A stretch of DNA of 64,000 nucleotides, taken from NCBI RefSeq assembly GCF_030684315.1, contig NC_081396.1, forward strand, positions 5,518,001 through 5,582,000, written 5' to 3'. Below the pieces are notes generated by a model. That model saw only the letters and a list, made by a program, of their open reading frames with translations. It ran no database searches and was not told the origin of the DNA. Positions within the stretch are counted from its first letter, which is position 1. Each line of letters starts with the position of its first letter. Positions 1 to 13,619 of the stretch are shown in pieces. The DNA is from Stegostoma tigrinum (lineage: Eukaryota). The translations under genes were made by a program, and so were the position numbers.

Positions 1-438
1 TTGCCTGGTCTGGGGCGCAGCCCTTACAAAGAAAGGCTGAGGGACTTGGGTCTGTTCTCATTGGAGACAAGGAGGCTAAGAGGGGAATAAATAGAGACAT
101 TCAAGATTATCAGAGCATTAGATAGGGTGGACAGTGAGAGTATTTTTCCGAGGATGATGACTTCAGCTTGTACAAGGGGGCATAGCGACAAATTGAGGGG
201 TGATAGATTTAAGACAGATGTCAGAAGCAGGTTCTTTACTCAGAGAGTGGTAAGGGCGTGGAACACCCTGCCTGCCAATGTAGTTAACTCAGCCGCATTA
301 GGGGCATTTAAACAGTCTTGGATAATCATATGGATAATGATGGGATAATGTATGGGGAGGGGCTTAGATTAGTTCACAGATCGGTGCAACATCGAGGGCC
401 GAAGGGCCTGTCCTGCGCTGTATTGTTCTATGTTCTAT
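1..438 (+). mobile_element. CR1/HER1-type LINE, 3' end fragment
   Basis: Translates to the CR1 ORF2 C-terminus (KLRGDRFKTDVRSRFFTQRVVRAWNTLP). The 3' UTR ggccgaagggcctgt ends in a tgttctatgttctat tail. Homologous to 22227-23217 and 51850-52228. Confidence 0.9.
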
Positions 439-731
439 CAATGATTTCGTTGAATACAGCGACTGGTTTGAAGGGCCAGGTGGCTTCCTCCAGCTTCAAT
501 TCTGTGTTCTTGAGCACATATCTCTGACGCAACCGACTGGAGAACAAATAGGTTGTGAGCAGATTGGGTTTCTACGAGTAACCACTCAGAATAAACTAAT
601 CAACGATGATCTTGGATATGACTCAACATCAGCTGAAATAACTCAGCTTCAGCTCCGTCTGTGGAAACACGTTGCCAACTTTCAGCTGAAACAATTTAGC
701 TTTGTTCAAATCCACTATCTGTTCTCTAAAC

Positions 732-1242
732 ATGTCAGCTGTTACATTTTATGCATTAACCACAGCTGCAGTTCTCTTCACTGGTAAGTTCAATAACTCG
801 CAAAACGTTGACTTGTACATGATATTTACGTAGTGATCTCACCTGGAAAATGTTTTCTTATCTCGATGACATTATTGAACAAAACGGTACTTTCAGACTC
901 AGTTTGATTTTCGGTTTAATTTTCTGTAGATGTGAATTGTGCAGATTCGATCTCACAGGAACCAGCTACAGCAAAACAGCTTGAAGGACAGTCGGTGAAC
1001 ATTAATTTTATCTATTCGATCAAAACAGCTACTTCATCATATTCCTTACAATTGTACCGGCAAGACCTGGGTAAATCACCAACATTATTGCTCTACATCC
1101 TTCAATACGGAACAGTTTTCAGATCTGATGGCGTGGGAAAACGATTTACCACAGCTCTGGACACTTCAAAAAGTGAAGGGAGTTTCACCATTGGTGACCT
1201 ACGATTGTCTGACAACGCTGTGTATTATTGCGTGCTGAGAGA
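732..1242 (+). CDS. TCR alpha/delta-type V segment (leader exon 732-783, V exon 930-1242), open frame but non-canonical (Cys23>Phe, Trp41>Leu)
   Basis: ATG leader MSAVTFYALTTAAVLFT, GT donor at 784, AG acceptor at 928-929, phase 1. V reads DSISQEP...NINFIYS...LQLYRQ...DNAVYYCVLR and is followed by a 23-RSS. Confidence 0.9.
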
Positions 1243-1281
1243 CACGATAACAGGAACCAGAGGGAGCCTCGTGCAAAAACA
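1243..1281 (+). other. 23-bp spacer RSS (CACGATA-23-GCAAAAACA)
   Basis: Directly after the YYCVLR codons. The spacer is exactly 23 nt and the heptamer is divergent but keeps CAC. Confidence 0.85.
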
Positions 1282-4200
1282 TTGCTGTAATGGAATATGT
1301 TGAACAGGGTATGGTAGGAGGTAGGAATTGTGCGAACTGCAGAGAAGCCAAAACATTTCTAAACGTTTTCTTGAACTTCATTGAATTGAAATATATCCAA
1401 ATATTATCGACCAGGGAGTGATAAATGCAGTATCAGGAAAGGGTTTCCCTGTTCCAATCGAAACGAACACATTCTGAACATGATACATGCATGTGAATAC
1501 AGAATTTATGCCATGTTATTAATGAAAGTGTTAGGGCAGGACAGCCGATTTCCAGCCGATAATGGATGTTTAACTGCAACAGGACAGCACAGGCGATGGT
1601 ACAAAGCAAAACGTATGTTTTTTTTTATTCGCATGCAGGCTTATCCGTCGAATTTAGATTTCCAAAAGCAATTCTAATACCCGGTAGCATGTTTTTTTTT
1701 CAACTGGGCTTTTACATTAAAGGAGCAATCTGACCAAGTGTTCCAAAAACAAATCCCAGACTGCTCTGCCAGATTGTTACCATTAATGTCACTGATCATT
1801 TTGTTCTCATCATATACTGAAAATATACCCCTTTTCCCTTGTTACATTATGGAGTCTTAGTCTTTAATATGTGCACATTTAAAATTGGGAGAACTTCAAT
1901 CATGTCACAGTAAGTATTAGGGATTTCCTCAAGTAGTGGGCTGCTGTCCATAAACCTGGAATTTCACATCGAAAATTATTCATTCCATTTTTGTCCAAAA
2001 CAGTGATGCACAGAAATGGTTCGTGTCAGCGCAGCTGCAGAATTTGTACTGTCAATGAAAGTGAGTGTAAACTTTTCCACGAGTCTCAACTGGAACAGCA
2101 ACAAACTCAATCCTCTCATAGTCAATGCAACAATCAGAATCCACGTTTGCTGTGAACAATTTTAAATGCTGATGTTGTCGACTGTCTTCGGGATTTTCCC
2201 ACCTAGGAATGTACTGAAGCTTCAGTGTGTGACCCGCTGTTGCATGAAGGCCTCTTCATGCAGCAGCTGTGACCCAGAAACCTGCAGTTATTGTAAAAGG
2301 TTTTTTGCGCATTCTCATGAGTATAAGAGTCATTGCACAGTGAGAGACCGCAGAGTCAGATGACATTCGCTGCAAGGTGGCAACCTATACTACTTGTGCA
2401 GACTGTTTCTGAAAACGGGAGCTGAGCTAAAACACCTTCATTACAGCAGTAACACTCACATACCTTCTGACTGCGATCTTTGGCTTCATTCATCAAGTAA
2501 GGAAGCGACAAAAAGGAAGTGGAGGCAAGAACCCAAGCTTGCGCCAAAGTGGCTTGGATAGTTGTCCAATATGAAGGATCTGTTTCGCTAATTTATACCT
2601 ACAGTGATTAAATCCCCTTTTCAAAGTTTCAACCTCACTAATAATAAAAGTCACCCACACGAGGGAGAGAAAGGAAAGCCACGCGGCTTTTGCTCCCGGT
2701 TAAAAGTGAGATTTCTGTGCCCCCAAAAACCTGCAGAACATCGGAAAAGAAAAACCTGACAGGATTGCTTGCATTTGATTTGAAGTCACTTCCTGTAAAC
2801 ATGCAACAGGATAACCACAAGATGACGGTGATGACAGAGAAGAGGGTGCAGTCGTTTTATGAGAGAAAAAAGATAAAAACAAACAGGTTGTCATAAACTG
2901 AGAGGAGAGATAATTTGATCACACACTGAATGTAGAATGTAGAAACAACTCAATCTCTCTCTGAACTGATAAACAGCCTTTTCCTCGAAGTTATCTGACA
3001 GAAATATTGACTTCGAAATGACATGATGGACAACTTGATCTAAAATTGGCTGAACAAAGAGCTGTCCTTTTCAGAGTCTGACATATGTAGTCTCAGAGAA
3101 TGAAATATAGTTGTTGAACTGAGATTGAGAGATTCCTTTGTCTGTCCCAAGGACTCGTCGTTCTGAGTTTGCAGATTTGGGTGTTGTAAATGGCATAAAA
3201 GAGGGAAAGATTTTCTCTTGTCACTCTGAGCAAGCAGCATCCAAACGGAGAGGAGAAAATGCCAATGAACAGCTGAAACAGGTAATACAGCATGGATTAT
3301 ATGTTTGATTTAATAACTGCATTGTATTCTAAAAACTAATTCAACGTTGTTGGATTCGATTTCAGTCTGCGAACGCAAAGTTAAAACTGTATCATTGATG
3401 ACTGCACATGGAAAAGTGTTTAGATTTTCAAATGAGTCACCAGTGATGAGAGCTCCACATGTGAAAAATGCATATAAAGTAACAGACATGCTTGTAGGAG
3501 GTTAATGCGAATTTGGACAATGGAAACACAATTTGACGTTGTTAAAGTCGAGAACTGAGTTTAATTTCGAATACTATTCGTCGTATCTGCTGATCGGTGC
3601 GTTGTTGACATCCAACAGCTCGCTGCTTGATTTTTCTTCAGTGCCCAACATCGGAGAGGTAACAGTGAACGGAACAGGGACCAGTACAGAAATTAAACTG
3701 AATGTTTTCCCTTCAAAATTTTCAGTCTGGGAGCTGGATGAAGGAACAGAATGCAATAGCTCATATTGTGTTTGTAGCTTGACCGAAGATTTTCATTGAA
3801 ATATCTGTGCAGAAACCTCTCGATTCCCTTCAGTGAAGATAGTGCAGTGTGAAGGTGTACAATTCGATTATAACCCTTTAAACTCAGCGATGCAGTCAAT
3901 AAGTTAAGTGCACTCTATTATATGAATGAAGTTGCGAATGACTCACACATTCGAAAGGAATAGCAGTTCATGAACAGCAGATGTGAAGCTATAAACTGTG
4001 GGACCCGTTCTGAGACAACAAAATCACATGTTGATATTCATAATAATTAAATTGTTCATCAGAACACAAAATAGGTATGTGACGAGATTTCAATTGATGT
4101 TGTCTCCAATGGAAGCATTTGCTTCGAATGACAGAGTGAAAAGTCTCTACAAACAATTCCTACAAAGTGGAATGAATCTGTTTTCAAAACAGGCAGGTCC

Positions 4201-5113
4201 CAACAGAAAACATCATGGAACCTCAAAAGTGTTGAAGGTGTAACTTCGATCAGTGCAATTTTCTCTTTGCGATTATGGAAGATGAGGAATAATATTGGGG
4301 AATGCAAAAAACAAGACAGTAAGTTTCGAGTCCAGTGTTGTGTTCGGACGAAGGGTGTCTTGACTCGAAACTTTAACTCTCTTCGCACAAATGTTGCAAG
4401 ATCTGCTGAATTTGCCCGCAGCAATTTCTACTTTTCTTTGAGGTTTCCACTACGGGCATTTCTGGAAGAATTGATTTGATGGGGTTGAATCGGGTTTTCA
4501 TTCGAATAGATGACTTTTATGCGAAGGAACATTTACATCCTTACCTTTTGATTAATCCAAATTGTTTACACGTTCTCATGTCACCTGCCCTGAAGGACAA
4601 TTTCTCATTTAACCGCTCCAAGGAAAAAAAAGCCTGCTCGGTGTTTACTGGTGGGACACCGTTAGAACATTTCACTTCTGACTATACTGAAGCCAATTTC
4701 ACTACCAGCCAGAGAGGGACATCATCTCCTCTCGCTGTGATTGGGTACATTAATTGGATGTGCGTCAGTCTTTGAACACTCACTCGAGCTAAATAATGTT
4801 ACAGTGCAGTGGGAAGAATATTCCGTGTATCTGCTTGACCTGAGCATATTAGTTTCTTGGTTTTATTCCTGTATGTGTACAGACTCTGTAAATCAGTGAA
4901 GACTGTACTTGAGTTTGGAAACAGATCTCCTGATGTCAAGTTTGTAGGGCCTGTTTACGCATCTGAGGTCGGATATACATAGATTATTTGCGGTGGCTGC
5001 TCATTGTGAACTGACGTTTCCTTCTAAAAGTGTAACTCGTGTTAAATTCTGAAATGTGATGATAAAGACATGCAATAATATTTCCATGCTTCGGATGGAT
5101 AAAATGGATCAGC

Positions 5114-5127
5114 GCGCCATCTGGTGG
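5114..5127 (-). promoter_or_regulatory. CTCF-like motif CCACCAGATGGCGC
   Basis: Reverse complement of gcgccatctggtgg matches the CTCF core consensus CCASYAGRKGGCRS. Motif match only. Confidence 0.55.
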
Positions 5128-5156
5128 ACAAAGCGACTAAATATTTGCTTTACAAT

Positions 5157-6210
5157 ATAATGTGAGGCTGGATGAACACAGCAGGCCCAGCAGCATCTCA
5201 GGAGCACAAAAGCTGACGTTTCGGGCCTAGACCCTTCATCAGAGAGGGGGATGGGGTGAGGGTTCTGGAATAAATAGGGAGACAGGGGGAGGCGGACCGA
5301 AGATGGAGAGAAAAGAAGATAGGTGGAGAGGACAGTATAGGTGGGAGGTAGGGAGGGGATAGGTCAGTCCAGGGAAGATGGACAGGTCAAGGAGGTGGGA
5401 TGAGGTTAGTGGGTAGGAGATGGAGGTGCGGCTTGGGGTGGGAGGAAGGGATGGGTGAGAGGAAGAACAGGTTAGGGAGACAGAGACAGGTTGGACTGGT
5501 TTTGCGATGCAGTGGGTGGAGGGGAAGAGCTGGGCTGGTTGTGTGGTGCAGTGGGGGGAGGGGACGAACTGGGCTGGTTTTGGGATGCGGTGGGGGAAGG
5601 GGAGATTTTGAAGCTGGTGAAGTCCACATTGATACCATTGGGCTGCAGAGTTCCCAAGCGGAATATGAGTTGCTGTTCCTGCAACCTCCGGGTGTCATCA
5701 TTGTGGCACTGCAGGAGGCCCATGATGGATATGTCATCTAAAGAATGGGAGGGGGCGTGGAAATGGTTTGCGACTGGGAGGTGCAGTTGTTTATTGCGAA
5801 CCGAGCGGAGGTGTTCTGCAAAGCGGTCCCCAAGCCTCCGCTTGGTTTCCCCAATGTAGAGGAAGCCACGTCAGGTACAGTGGATGCAGTATACCACATT
5901 GGCAGATGTGCAGGTGAGCCACTGCTTAATGTGGAAAGTCATCTTGGGGCCTGGGATAGGGGTGAGGGAGGAGGTGCTGGGGCAAGTGTAGCATTACCTG
6001 CGGTTGCAGGGGAAGGTGCCGGGTGTGGTGGGGTTGGAGGGCAGTGTGGAGCGAACAAAGGAGTCACGGAGAGACTCACACACCACCCCACCAACCTCCG
6101 GATACAACGTATCATCCTCCGACACTTCCACCATCTACAATCCGACCCCACCACCCAAGACATTTTTCCATCCCCACCCTTGTCTGCTTTCCGGAGAGAC
6201 CACTCTCTCC
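5157..6210 (-). mobile_element. Penelope-like element 3' part (GIY-YIG end + pseudo-LTR), with an inverted 5' piece at 6075-6210
   Basis: Near-identical to the reverse complement of 45425-46340 and to 55060-55980. The segment 6075-6210 matches 45285-45420 in the opposite orientation. Confidence 0.85.
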
Positions 6211-6366
6211 ATGACAACACTGACAATGCAGCAAACTGAGAATCAGGGAAACTCCCTACCCTCTCAGGCAGTGAAGTCGGATCATGATTTGCTTTACACT
6301 TTAATATCAGAACGAGAAGGGCCAACGTTCTGGAATTTTTCTGGTCACCTGTAAACAAGAAACCAC

Positions 6367-6769
6367 ATGCGCCTTTTTGTCCTCACTGCAGATAATTGTC
6401 TTGTTGCTTGTTAAGCTTGTTTTCAAATAGTTATTGCATATTCTAGCCACTGCAATTATTGCTCATCATTTGAAACATTTTGCAAAAATTCATTCTCAAA
6501 AGATCACTGAACGATTCGGAGCAGTAAAACATGACTCTAGTCTGTCGATCCTCGACAACCGGCTCCACTCGAACCCTCTTCTCGTACATTCGGCATCACT
6601 GGGAAGCTCTGAAATATTTACTGAAGATGCATAGCACAGGGTGTGAACAGATGTCTTCACTTGGACAAGAAACTTTTTCTGTCTACTTGCCCGAAGCAAA
6701 CAAACCGGTTGCTTTCAATATCGCTACAGTTCTGTCCGAAAACACCATACGCCTGGCTGCCGTGAAGCC
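6367..6769 (+). pseudogene. Decayed TCR V pseudogene
   Basis: ORF 6531 reads MTLVC...LFSYIRHHWEALKYLLK...FSVYL...AVKP, a V framework pattern with Trp41 and Cys104 lost. It is followed by a degenerate CACAAAT-23-GAGAACACA (6770-6808), and there is a leader-like remnant near 6367. Confidence 0.6.
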
Positions 6770-6830
6770 CACAAATCTGCAGAGTTGTGCAAAACCTTGG
6801 AGAACACACGCCGAGAATTCCAGTCGGTCT

Positions 6831-6844
6831 CCACGAGAGGGCGC
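6831..6844 (+). promoter_or_regulatory. CTCF-like motif CCACGAGAGGGCGC
   Basis: Close match to the CTCF core, 22 bp downstream of the pseudo-V RSS nonamer. Confidence 0.5.
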
Positions 6845-9800
6845 GCTCATGCAATTATTCAGAAAGAAGCAATTATTCAGAAATTCAAAACAGATCATAC
6901 GAGAGAAACTCACGAGGTGTGGCACCACCTAAAAAGGAAGGAGCAAAGTTAACATGTTGAGTTTTCTGGCATGCCTTCGAAAACATTCGAGACTAAACTA
7001 TTATGTCCAGGCCCCTGCAATTTCGGCCCTCATTTCCTTCAAAGATGATGGGTGTATTTTCTCTGAACTCAGTACCTTGCTCGAGTTAAGTGTCAAGAGT
7101 CTGCCCAGATCTTAATCCTTCTTAAATTCGAAGACTTCTGCTGACAACAATTCCTCCTCTGTCACCACGGCCGAGACAGGAATCTCTTCTTTTGTAAAGA
7201 TAGATCCAAGGTGTATATTTTACAACTCAGTTATGCCTCTGCGTCCAAATGAAATTGCCCTTTGGTCTCAAAGATTAGCTGTCACTCTCCTTTATAATGT
7301 TACATAGTTGTACAGCATGGAAACTGATCCTTCGGGAAAACTCGTCCTCAGTAACCAAATATTCCAATCTGACTAAATCCCAATAAACATTGCTTTACAG
7401 TTTATTCGACGACAGGATGCCTGTAAATTTACTTTTGCAAGTGTTCCTCTTCGCTGCTTTAATTTATGTGTACATGTCCACATGAATATATGTATGCTTC
7501 AGTGCTTGTGTGTTCATCTCTGTGCGTAATAACATATACAATGACTGTAGGCTGAATGAGTCCAATTGACAAAACCTCTCTCCCGATTGCTTGTTCTTGC
7601 AATTAGAAGATAAAATGCGACAATCTGTTTTTGAATCGACATTTCTGCACAAAAGTAAGATTTTGAAATGCAGTATTGTTTGGCACTCTTCTTGGCTTCT
7701 CTTTCTGACGAGCTACGATTTGATTTTCGGTGATTCCTTTCCATACCCATTGACTCCTTTATTTGATGATGGCACCAGCAAGTAACAAAACTAAAGCAAG
7801 TATTTGATTATTTGTTAATTAGTCCTCTATCCACGTTGATGTACGACCTGCAAGGCGGTACTTCTTGGTTTCATTCAGCTGAATAAAGTGTGGCACCTTG
7901 TCAAACATCATCTGGAAATGCAAATATGTTACATCATCAGAGAAAGAATAACTTACGGCAAAATACAATGCTCAAAATTGCTGTGGAGCTGAGCGAGAGC
8001 AACTAGCCATATGACTGCTTTCTATTTGTTTGCTGATAGTTATCAGCTTTCATTCAAAACATGGAATATTTCCAGATGAATTTGCAATTGATTCAATATT
8101 TAACAGATACGTTACAATGTTTTCTATGACTTCCAGTAAAATGTGTTCTGAGGAAAGGTCTCTGGACCCGCATTATTAACCCTACTTTCTTTCTACAGGT
8201 GCTACCAGTAAAAGTCACAAGCTCTCAAGCTTACCTTCTCTGAGGGTTAAACTCAGGGTCTTCAGCTTCTGAATCTGATGCACTGCCTGCTGTGCCACCT
8301 CTATCGTAGTCACTCTGTCTGTGTGTGTGAGTTGATACTGCTGTCAGTTTGGATCGTGTTGTGTGCTGCTGCATTTCTTCTGACCGAATCCCGAATGATT
8401 TATTTCCATTACTTGTGCAGTGTCGTCTCTACCCTAGCGGAGAGTAATGTGTGAGGACTAAACAGTGTTAACTGACAGGCTGTTGTTGTAAATCCGTAAT
8501 CACAAGCAAGTTGCTCGGGACATTGTGGGAGAAACGAACATGTGTAGAATCTTAAAGAGAGACTGCACATCCAATCGTGCACAATAGAGACGTTATTCCA
8601 AGTTACAAATACAAAGATCTACAAACTGCCTGGTCAAAAGTTGCTGGGTGTACCAATAACGCACAAATCCAATGAACAATGAAAGAGGCAACAGCGTAAG
8701 AGTATTATTGGCAGACAATTAATCCAGAATCGAATCCTCAATGGCAGGTGCGGGAACTTTAATTCAGCGAAAAAAAAAAATCAGGAGCCCAGCATCCATT
8801 GAAGACCAAGAAACAATTGTGCATAAATAGAAAAAAAATTTGGTTCAATACCTGCTCCGGAATACACGTGACTCCAAAACCATTACGTTGCAGTTATGTC
8901 TTAACTGGGCTCTTGGATGGGCCAGAAACAACAATGAAACCCAAACACTCATGTCTGCCAGAATCATTAGTGGTTACTGCACCTCAACTTTGCATCCTTT
9001 AGGATTTGCGGAATGCATAGGCCAGTGCCAGTACAGGCAAGAATTGCGCTGATTCAAAAATGAAATGCCTTCAACATTCCTAAATTCACCGATTGGGTCA
9101 CGTTCTAAGAGAGCATGCGACTTGGAAAGGAATATCTGATCTGTTTAGATCAATAAGATGGAAGTTGCAATTTAACTTCGATTTATGACAGACTTTATTC
9201 ATTTCAATGTTTTCACAATTTCATCAGGAGCCCCAATGGATATTTCAACCCACTCTTTAACTCAGCCCTGAATTTACTCTGGTTCCCAACATAATTAAAA
9301 GGTTGATGCAGGAACTCGTAAAATGAAGCAAGTATCCACGTTCCTGTCAAATCAATTCTAACTGACTTAAGTTGAAACCTGAAAAATAAGATACGTTCAT
9401 AATTTGGGCATGGAATGTTGCTATGGAAAATAAGGAATACAACAACATGAAGTTGCCTGAGGTGGCAAAGAGGAAAACCAGAGACGTTTAGCACTTTTCC
9501 ATTTCTAGACCTCTCTCATTTTCTCCACTGGTCTGAGTTTGGAATCTTCTCAGGACTTTATCGGTCACTACAATATATCTTACAGTGGGAGCGTTGAGCA
9601 TTTTAAATCAGAATGAATAGGGGACAAATGGTCGAAATGCTGCGAATCCAGTCATATTCTTCCCATATACCTGGCGTATTAAATATTAATTTTATTTTGC
9701 AGAGCGGGGGTACATTATTAATTATGTTGATAGGTTAATTAATTTTAAAATAATGGAACTTTTATGCATCTGAGTATTGTGACGAATCCAATAAGCAGTG

Positions 9801-10264
9801 TCACTTTCCACACCACGCAAAAGTTCACCTTCTGTCATCTAATGGCCACAAGTCTATCAATGACGGAAGCAACCATTAACTCGACTGAACAAACAACAGC
9901 AGTGTAAATTATGGCATCACGGAGCGTGCATATTGGAGCAATGAGAAACTAGCTTGATGGGAAGCAAATTCCAGCACTTACCATGAGCAGTTCGACCACT
10001 GTCGTAGACACCAGACAGTAAATGTTGAGACTAGAAAGGCCAGGTTTTCTTCTGGAAAGGATAACAAACACTGTCACGTGAGCTGTCATACAAACATACA
10101 TCCGGATTTCGAGAAATCAGAGAAGAAAGAATCTGAGACTTACAAATTATGAGAATTGTTACCCAGGAATTTGAATCAATTTGATACATTTGAGACATGA
10201 ATTTGAATTAGAAATTATTGATTAACATCCTGACAGTTGTTTCTACGTGCGAAATGTTCATCTT

Positions 10265-10580
10265 AGGGGTCCATTGGCACAGTGGCAGGTGCTGTTGCTT
10301 TATATGACCAGGGACCCAACTTTGATTCCAGCCTTGGCTGACAGCCGGTATCGAGTTTGGACATTCTCATTGTGTATGTGTGGGTTTCTTCTGGGTGCTC
10401 CGTTTCGCTCCTACACATCAGACTAATTGGCCATGCTAAACTGTCTGATAGGCTCAAGAGATGATTAGGCGAGGTTAGTTAACAATGAAGGGTTTCAGGT
10501 TACAGGAATAGGGCTCGTGTTTCCACGGAGGGTAAAAAAGACACATTCAATGTCTCGAATGACCGCTATCTGCACTGCAG
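10265..10580 (+). mobile_element. tRNA-derived SINE (HE1/V-SINE-like), diverged
   Basis: A-box-like tggcacagtgg, B-box-like tttgattccag, core gtgtgggtttcttctgggtgctccg. Homologous to 31371-31692. Confidence 0.65.
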
Positions 10581-13404
10581 GTAATAAGAATACTAATTAA
10601 TACAATGACACACAACAGAGAGCAAAATTCATTGACATCTACATCAACGACTGGAAATAAAAGAGAGCAAGATATGACAGTAGTCACATTGACAAAATAT
10701 TACGGCAAAATACTCATGCTGAGAAATAAGGAAATAATCGAAATGAAAACGGAAAATTAAAAGAAAATGGATCATAACTTTTTAAGAATCCAAAGTTGCC
10801 TCATCTGACCAACTACTGCAAAACTATTTGCTATTAGAAAGATTGATATCCAAACCGCGAAATACTCAGAGAATCACAATTAAAATATTGAGTTGGAAGT
10901 TATGAATAGTTTCTGGAATCGTTGCTCTTGCACATCTGTGAGCAACTTAGTGCGAAATTGTACTCCCTCATTAAATCACATGCATTTTAAATTACAAAAT
11001 TTATGCGTTTTGGTGTTTGTCATGGATCATATAAATGCGTGCAATCTTTTCTGTATACAATGTTTCATTCAACCAATTTGCAAGGAGGGCCTTGAAATCA
11101 ATAAAAGGTAAAAAAAAACATTAACCAGGACAAACAGTTGATCGTTCTACCAAATAAGGCAAAAGGAAATTGCTTCCATTTAACAGATAGAAAACTGAAT
11201 GGAAAATAAATTCCACGATCCAGTCTAATATTGCAACGATCTTCAGGACAGAGATACTTCCACCAACAGAAGGAAGCATGCTGATACTGATAAAACTGGA
11301 AACATGAGGCACAATACTGAATTAGTTAATGTCTAAAGAAAGAGTGAAAAAGATAGAAAGAAGGTGAGAGGGAACAACAAAGAGAAAGAGTAAATGAGAA
11401 ATTTCTAGCCAGATTAATGTAGAAGAGAACCGTCACTGGTTCAAAAATACAAACATAATCTCACGACCATTCTGCAGCTCTCCGTGCAGATGGAAAAAGT
11501 GCATCACAATTTTCTCGTGAGAAAGACTGAGGAGATCACTTTCTCAGAAGAGAAATCAATTAAATGGCACATGTGTAAGACTAGACGAACAGATGTTTCA
11601 ATCGCAAACTAAAACAACGCTATTAACAACAACAACATAATGCTGGAAATATTCATCAAAATCTGCAACAGAGATGAAGGATTGATGAGACCTGCTTCCC
11701 CATTTGGCAAAAAATGCCTCATGATGAACAGTCAGTCTTTATTCTCCATAGAAGTATCTGCCTGCCTTTCAAGATGTTCCCCAACTGCACAAACAACTTC
11801 TTAGTGTACTGGCAATGTTCTGACGTTCTTATGGGAGCGTCTGAAGGAGCAGTAACGTGAATATTGTCAGAAGATTTGAAAATAGTCTTTTCGACTGTCA
11901 TCTCATTGCTCCGTTGGTGTTTACACACGAGTGTGCTTATTTCGTTTTGTTTTGCAGAGAATTAGGAACAAAAATTCGCTGCCTATCTTATTGATAAAAT
12001 TCTCTGGATGGATCTGAATCGAATTGCCAAGCTGAGATCATCTTATCTCTGGATTGTCAGAGATCGGACGCAATGATCCATATTTGCTAGAATGATCTGA
12101 TGCTCTGATTATCTATGCTTATCTGTGAAATGAGGACATCTGAAATGCAGATTCTATCTTCTCAAAATCCACTCAAAAAGTCTGTAATTCTGAGTTATCA
12201 ATGAGGAAATATGCTATCGGCGTTTTGAAGGGTAACAGTTTAACAAATACTCTATTGGTTCTTTTGCAATGTCACGTATTCCATTACGAGTTAACTGCTC
12301 ATCCAAAAGCTGCTGTTCATTGATTCAACATATTCTATTCAGGTCGTAGAGTTAAAAGCAAAGAGCCAAATTTTTAGAAACGGAGTAACTATTTTATTAA
12401 GTACCTTCCTTTCAGTGCTTTCACTAACATTCCCGGATGATAGAGTCGTGGTGGATAAAGGAACAAACAATGAAAGAATATTTTCGAGTGTGGTTTTCAA
12501 ATCATTGGCATATCAGAGCTTGAACAATGGCTTTCTGATTTGAGAGGGAAAGTTCCACACAGCGAGGCATTCTTAAACAGCTCCTTATAATAGGATCGAG
12601 CAAAAATGTAGATGAAGGCATTGTTACGGGAACTGAGTAATTGGAGCATGTTTATCTTCTCCAGAAGAATGTACTTTAGGTAACAGAAATACAGGCATGT
12701 GATGTAACTGCCAGAGAGATAGCAATGTAGACAAAACATTCGACATAAGTGACAGACAAGAGAAGGAAGCAGGGTAAGTGAATGAAGAGCAAGACAGTGG
12801 ATGAGAGGAGTATAGATAGGTTCATTAAGTGCGGAAAGATATGGAAGTTAGACCATCATGTGTGAATGCTTGAAATTAGCAGAAGTGACACGAAGAATAT
12901 TTTAAAAGTACATTATCTAAACGCTAACTATTGTAGATCTGTGACATGAAGAATGATGTCACAGCTAATGAAGCATGGTTTGTGAATAACGACATGCAGG
13001 AAATAATTAGGATGGTTAAGAGAACATTCTCATTTATTGCTAATAGAATTCACACGACCATAGATTCGCAATTTGTTACTTTTCACGAGGAAGCCATTCT
13101 GCAGTAGTAACAATTTCATGAAATTTCCGTACGTAACCTGTACATTTGTTCACTGTATAATAGATCAATGTCAACCTGAATTAAGCCAGCCTCCGGATCC
13201 TTCTCGGCTGTTGACCCCCAAAACCAGAGAATACTTTGGTTGAAAAAGCATTTATCAATTTATCTCACATTTCCTTCGTTTGCAAAACACTTTATACCTA
13301 TCGTGTGCAGCTCTCAAACTTGTTACAAGTAGGAACAGTTTCTCCACTTCTGTTGCGACCAAACATTTATACAAAAGTCGCGATTTTATGCTTCAGTTAT
13401 GCAG

Positions 13405-13405
<1 letters not shown>

Positions 13406-13485
<80 letters not shown>
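13406..13485. repeat. (TG)n microsatellite, ~40 units
   Basis: Direct inspection. Confidence 0.99.
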
Positions 13486-13486
<1 letters not shown>

Positions 13487-13619
13487 ACGCGCTGAGTGAG
13501 CACAGTTGGCGTTCTGTGTGCCGTACAATACATGTTATTTAGGAAGGATGTGAACGTATTGAAATCGGTTCTTGGAAATTCTACTGAATTAAGGCCTCAA
13601 ATGGAGGATCAACTTGAGA

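Noticed and set aside
4876-5090. DSVNQ-like V start after an AG
   Set aside because: An immediate stop follows and there is no further V framework.
5387-6358. Overlapping Pro- or Gly-rich ORFs, also in 43893-46149 and 55290-56709
   Set aside because: Alternative or antisense frames of Penelope-like elements, not host genes.
11700-12090. Faint V-like remnants
   Set aside because: No consistent frame, conserved residues or RSS.
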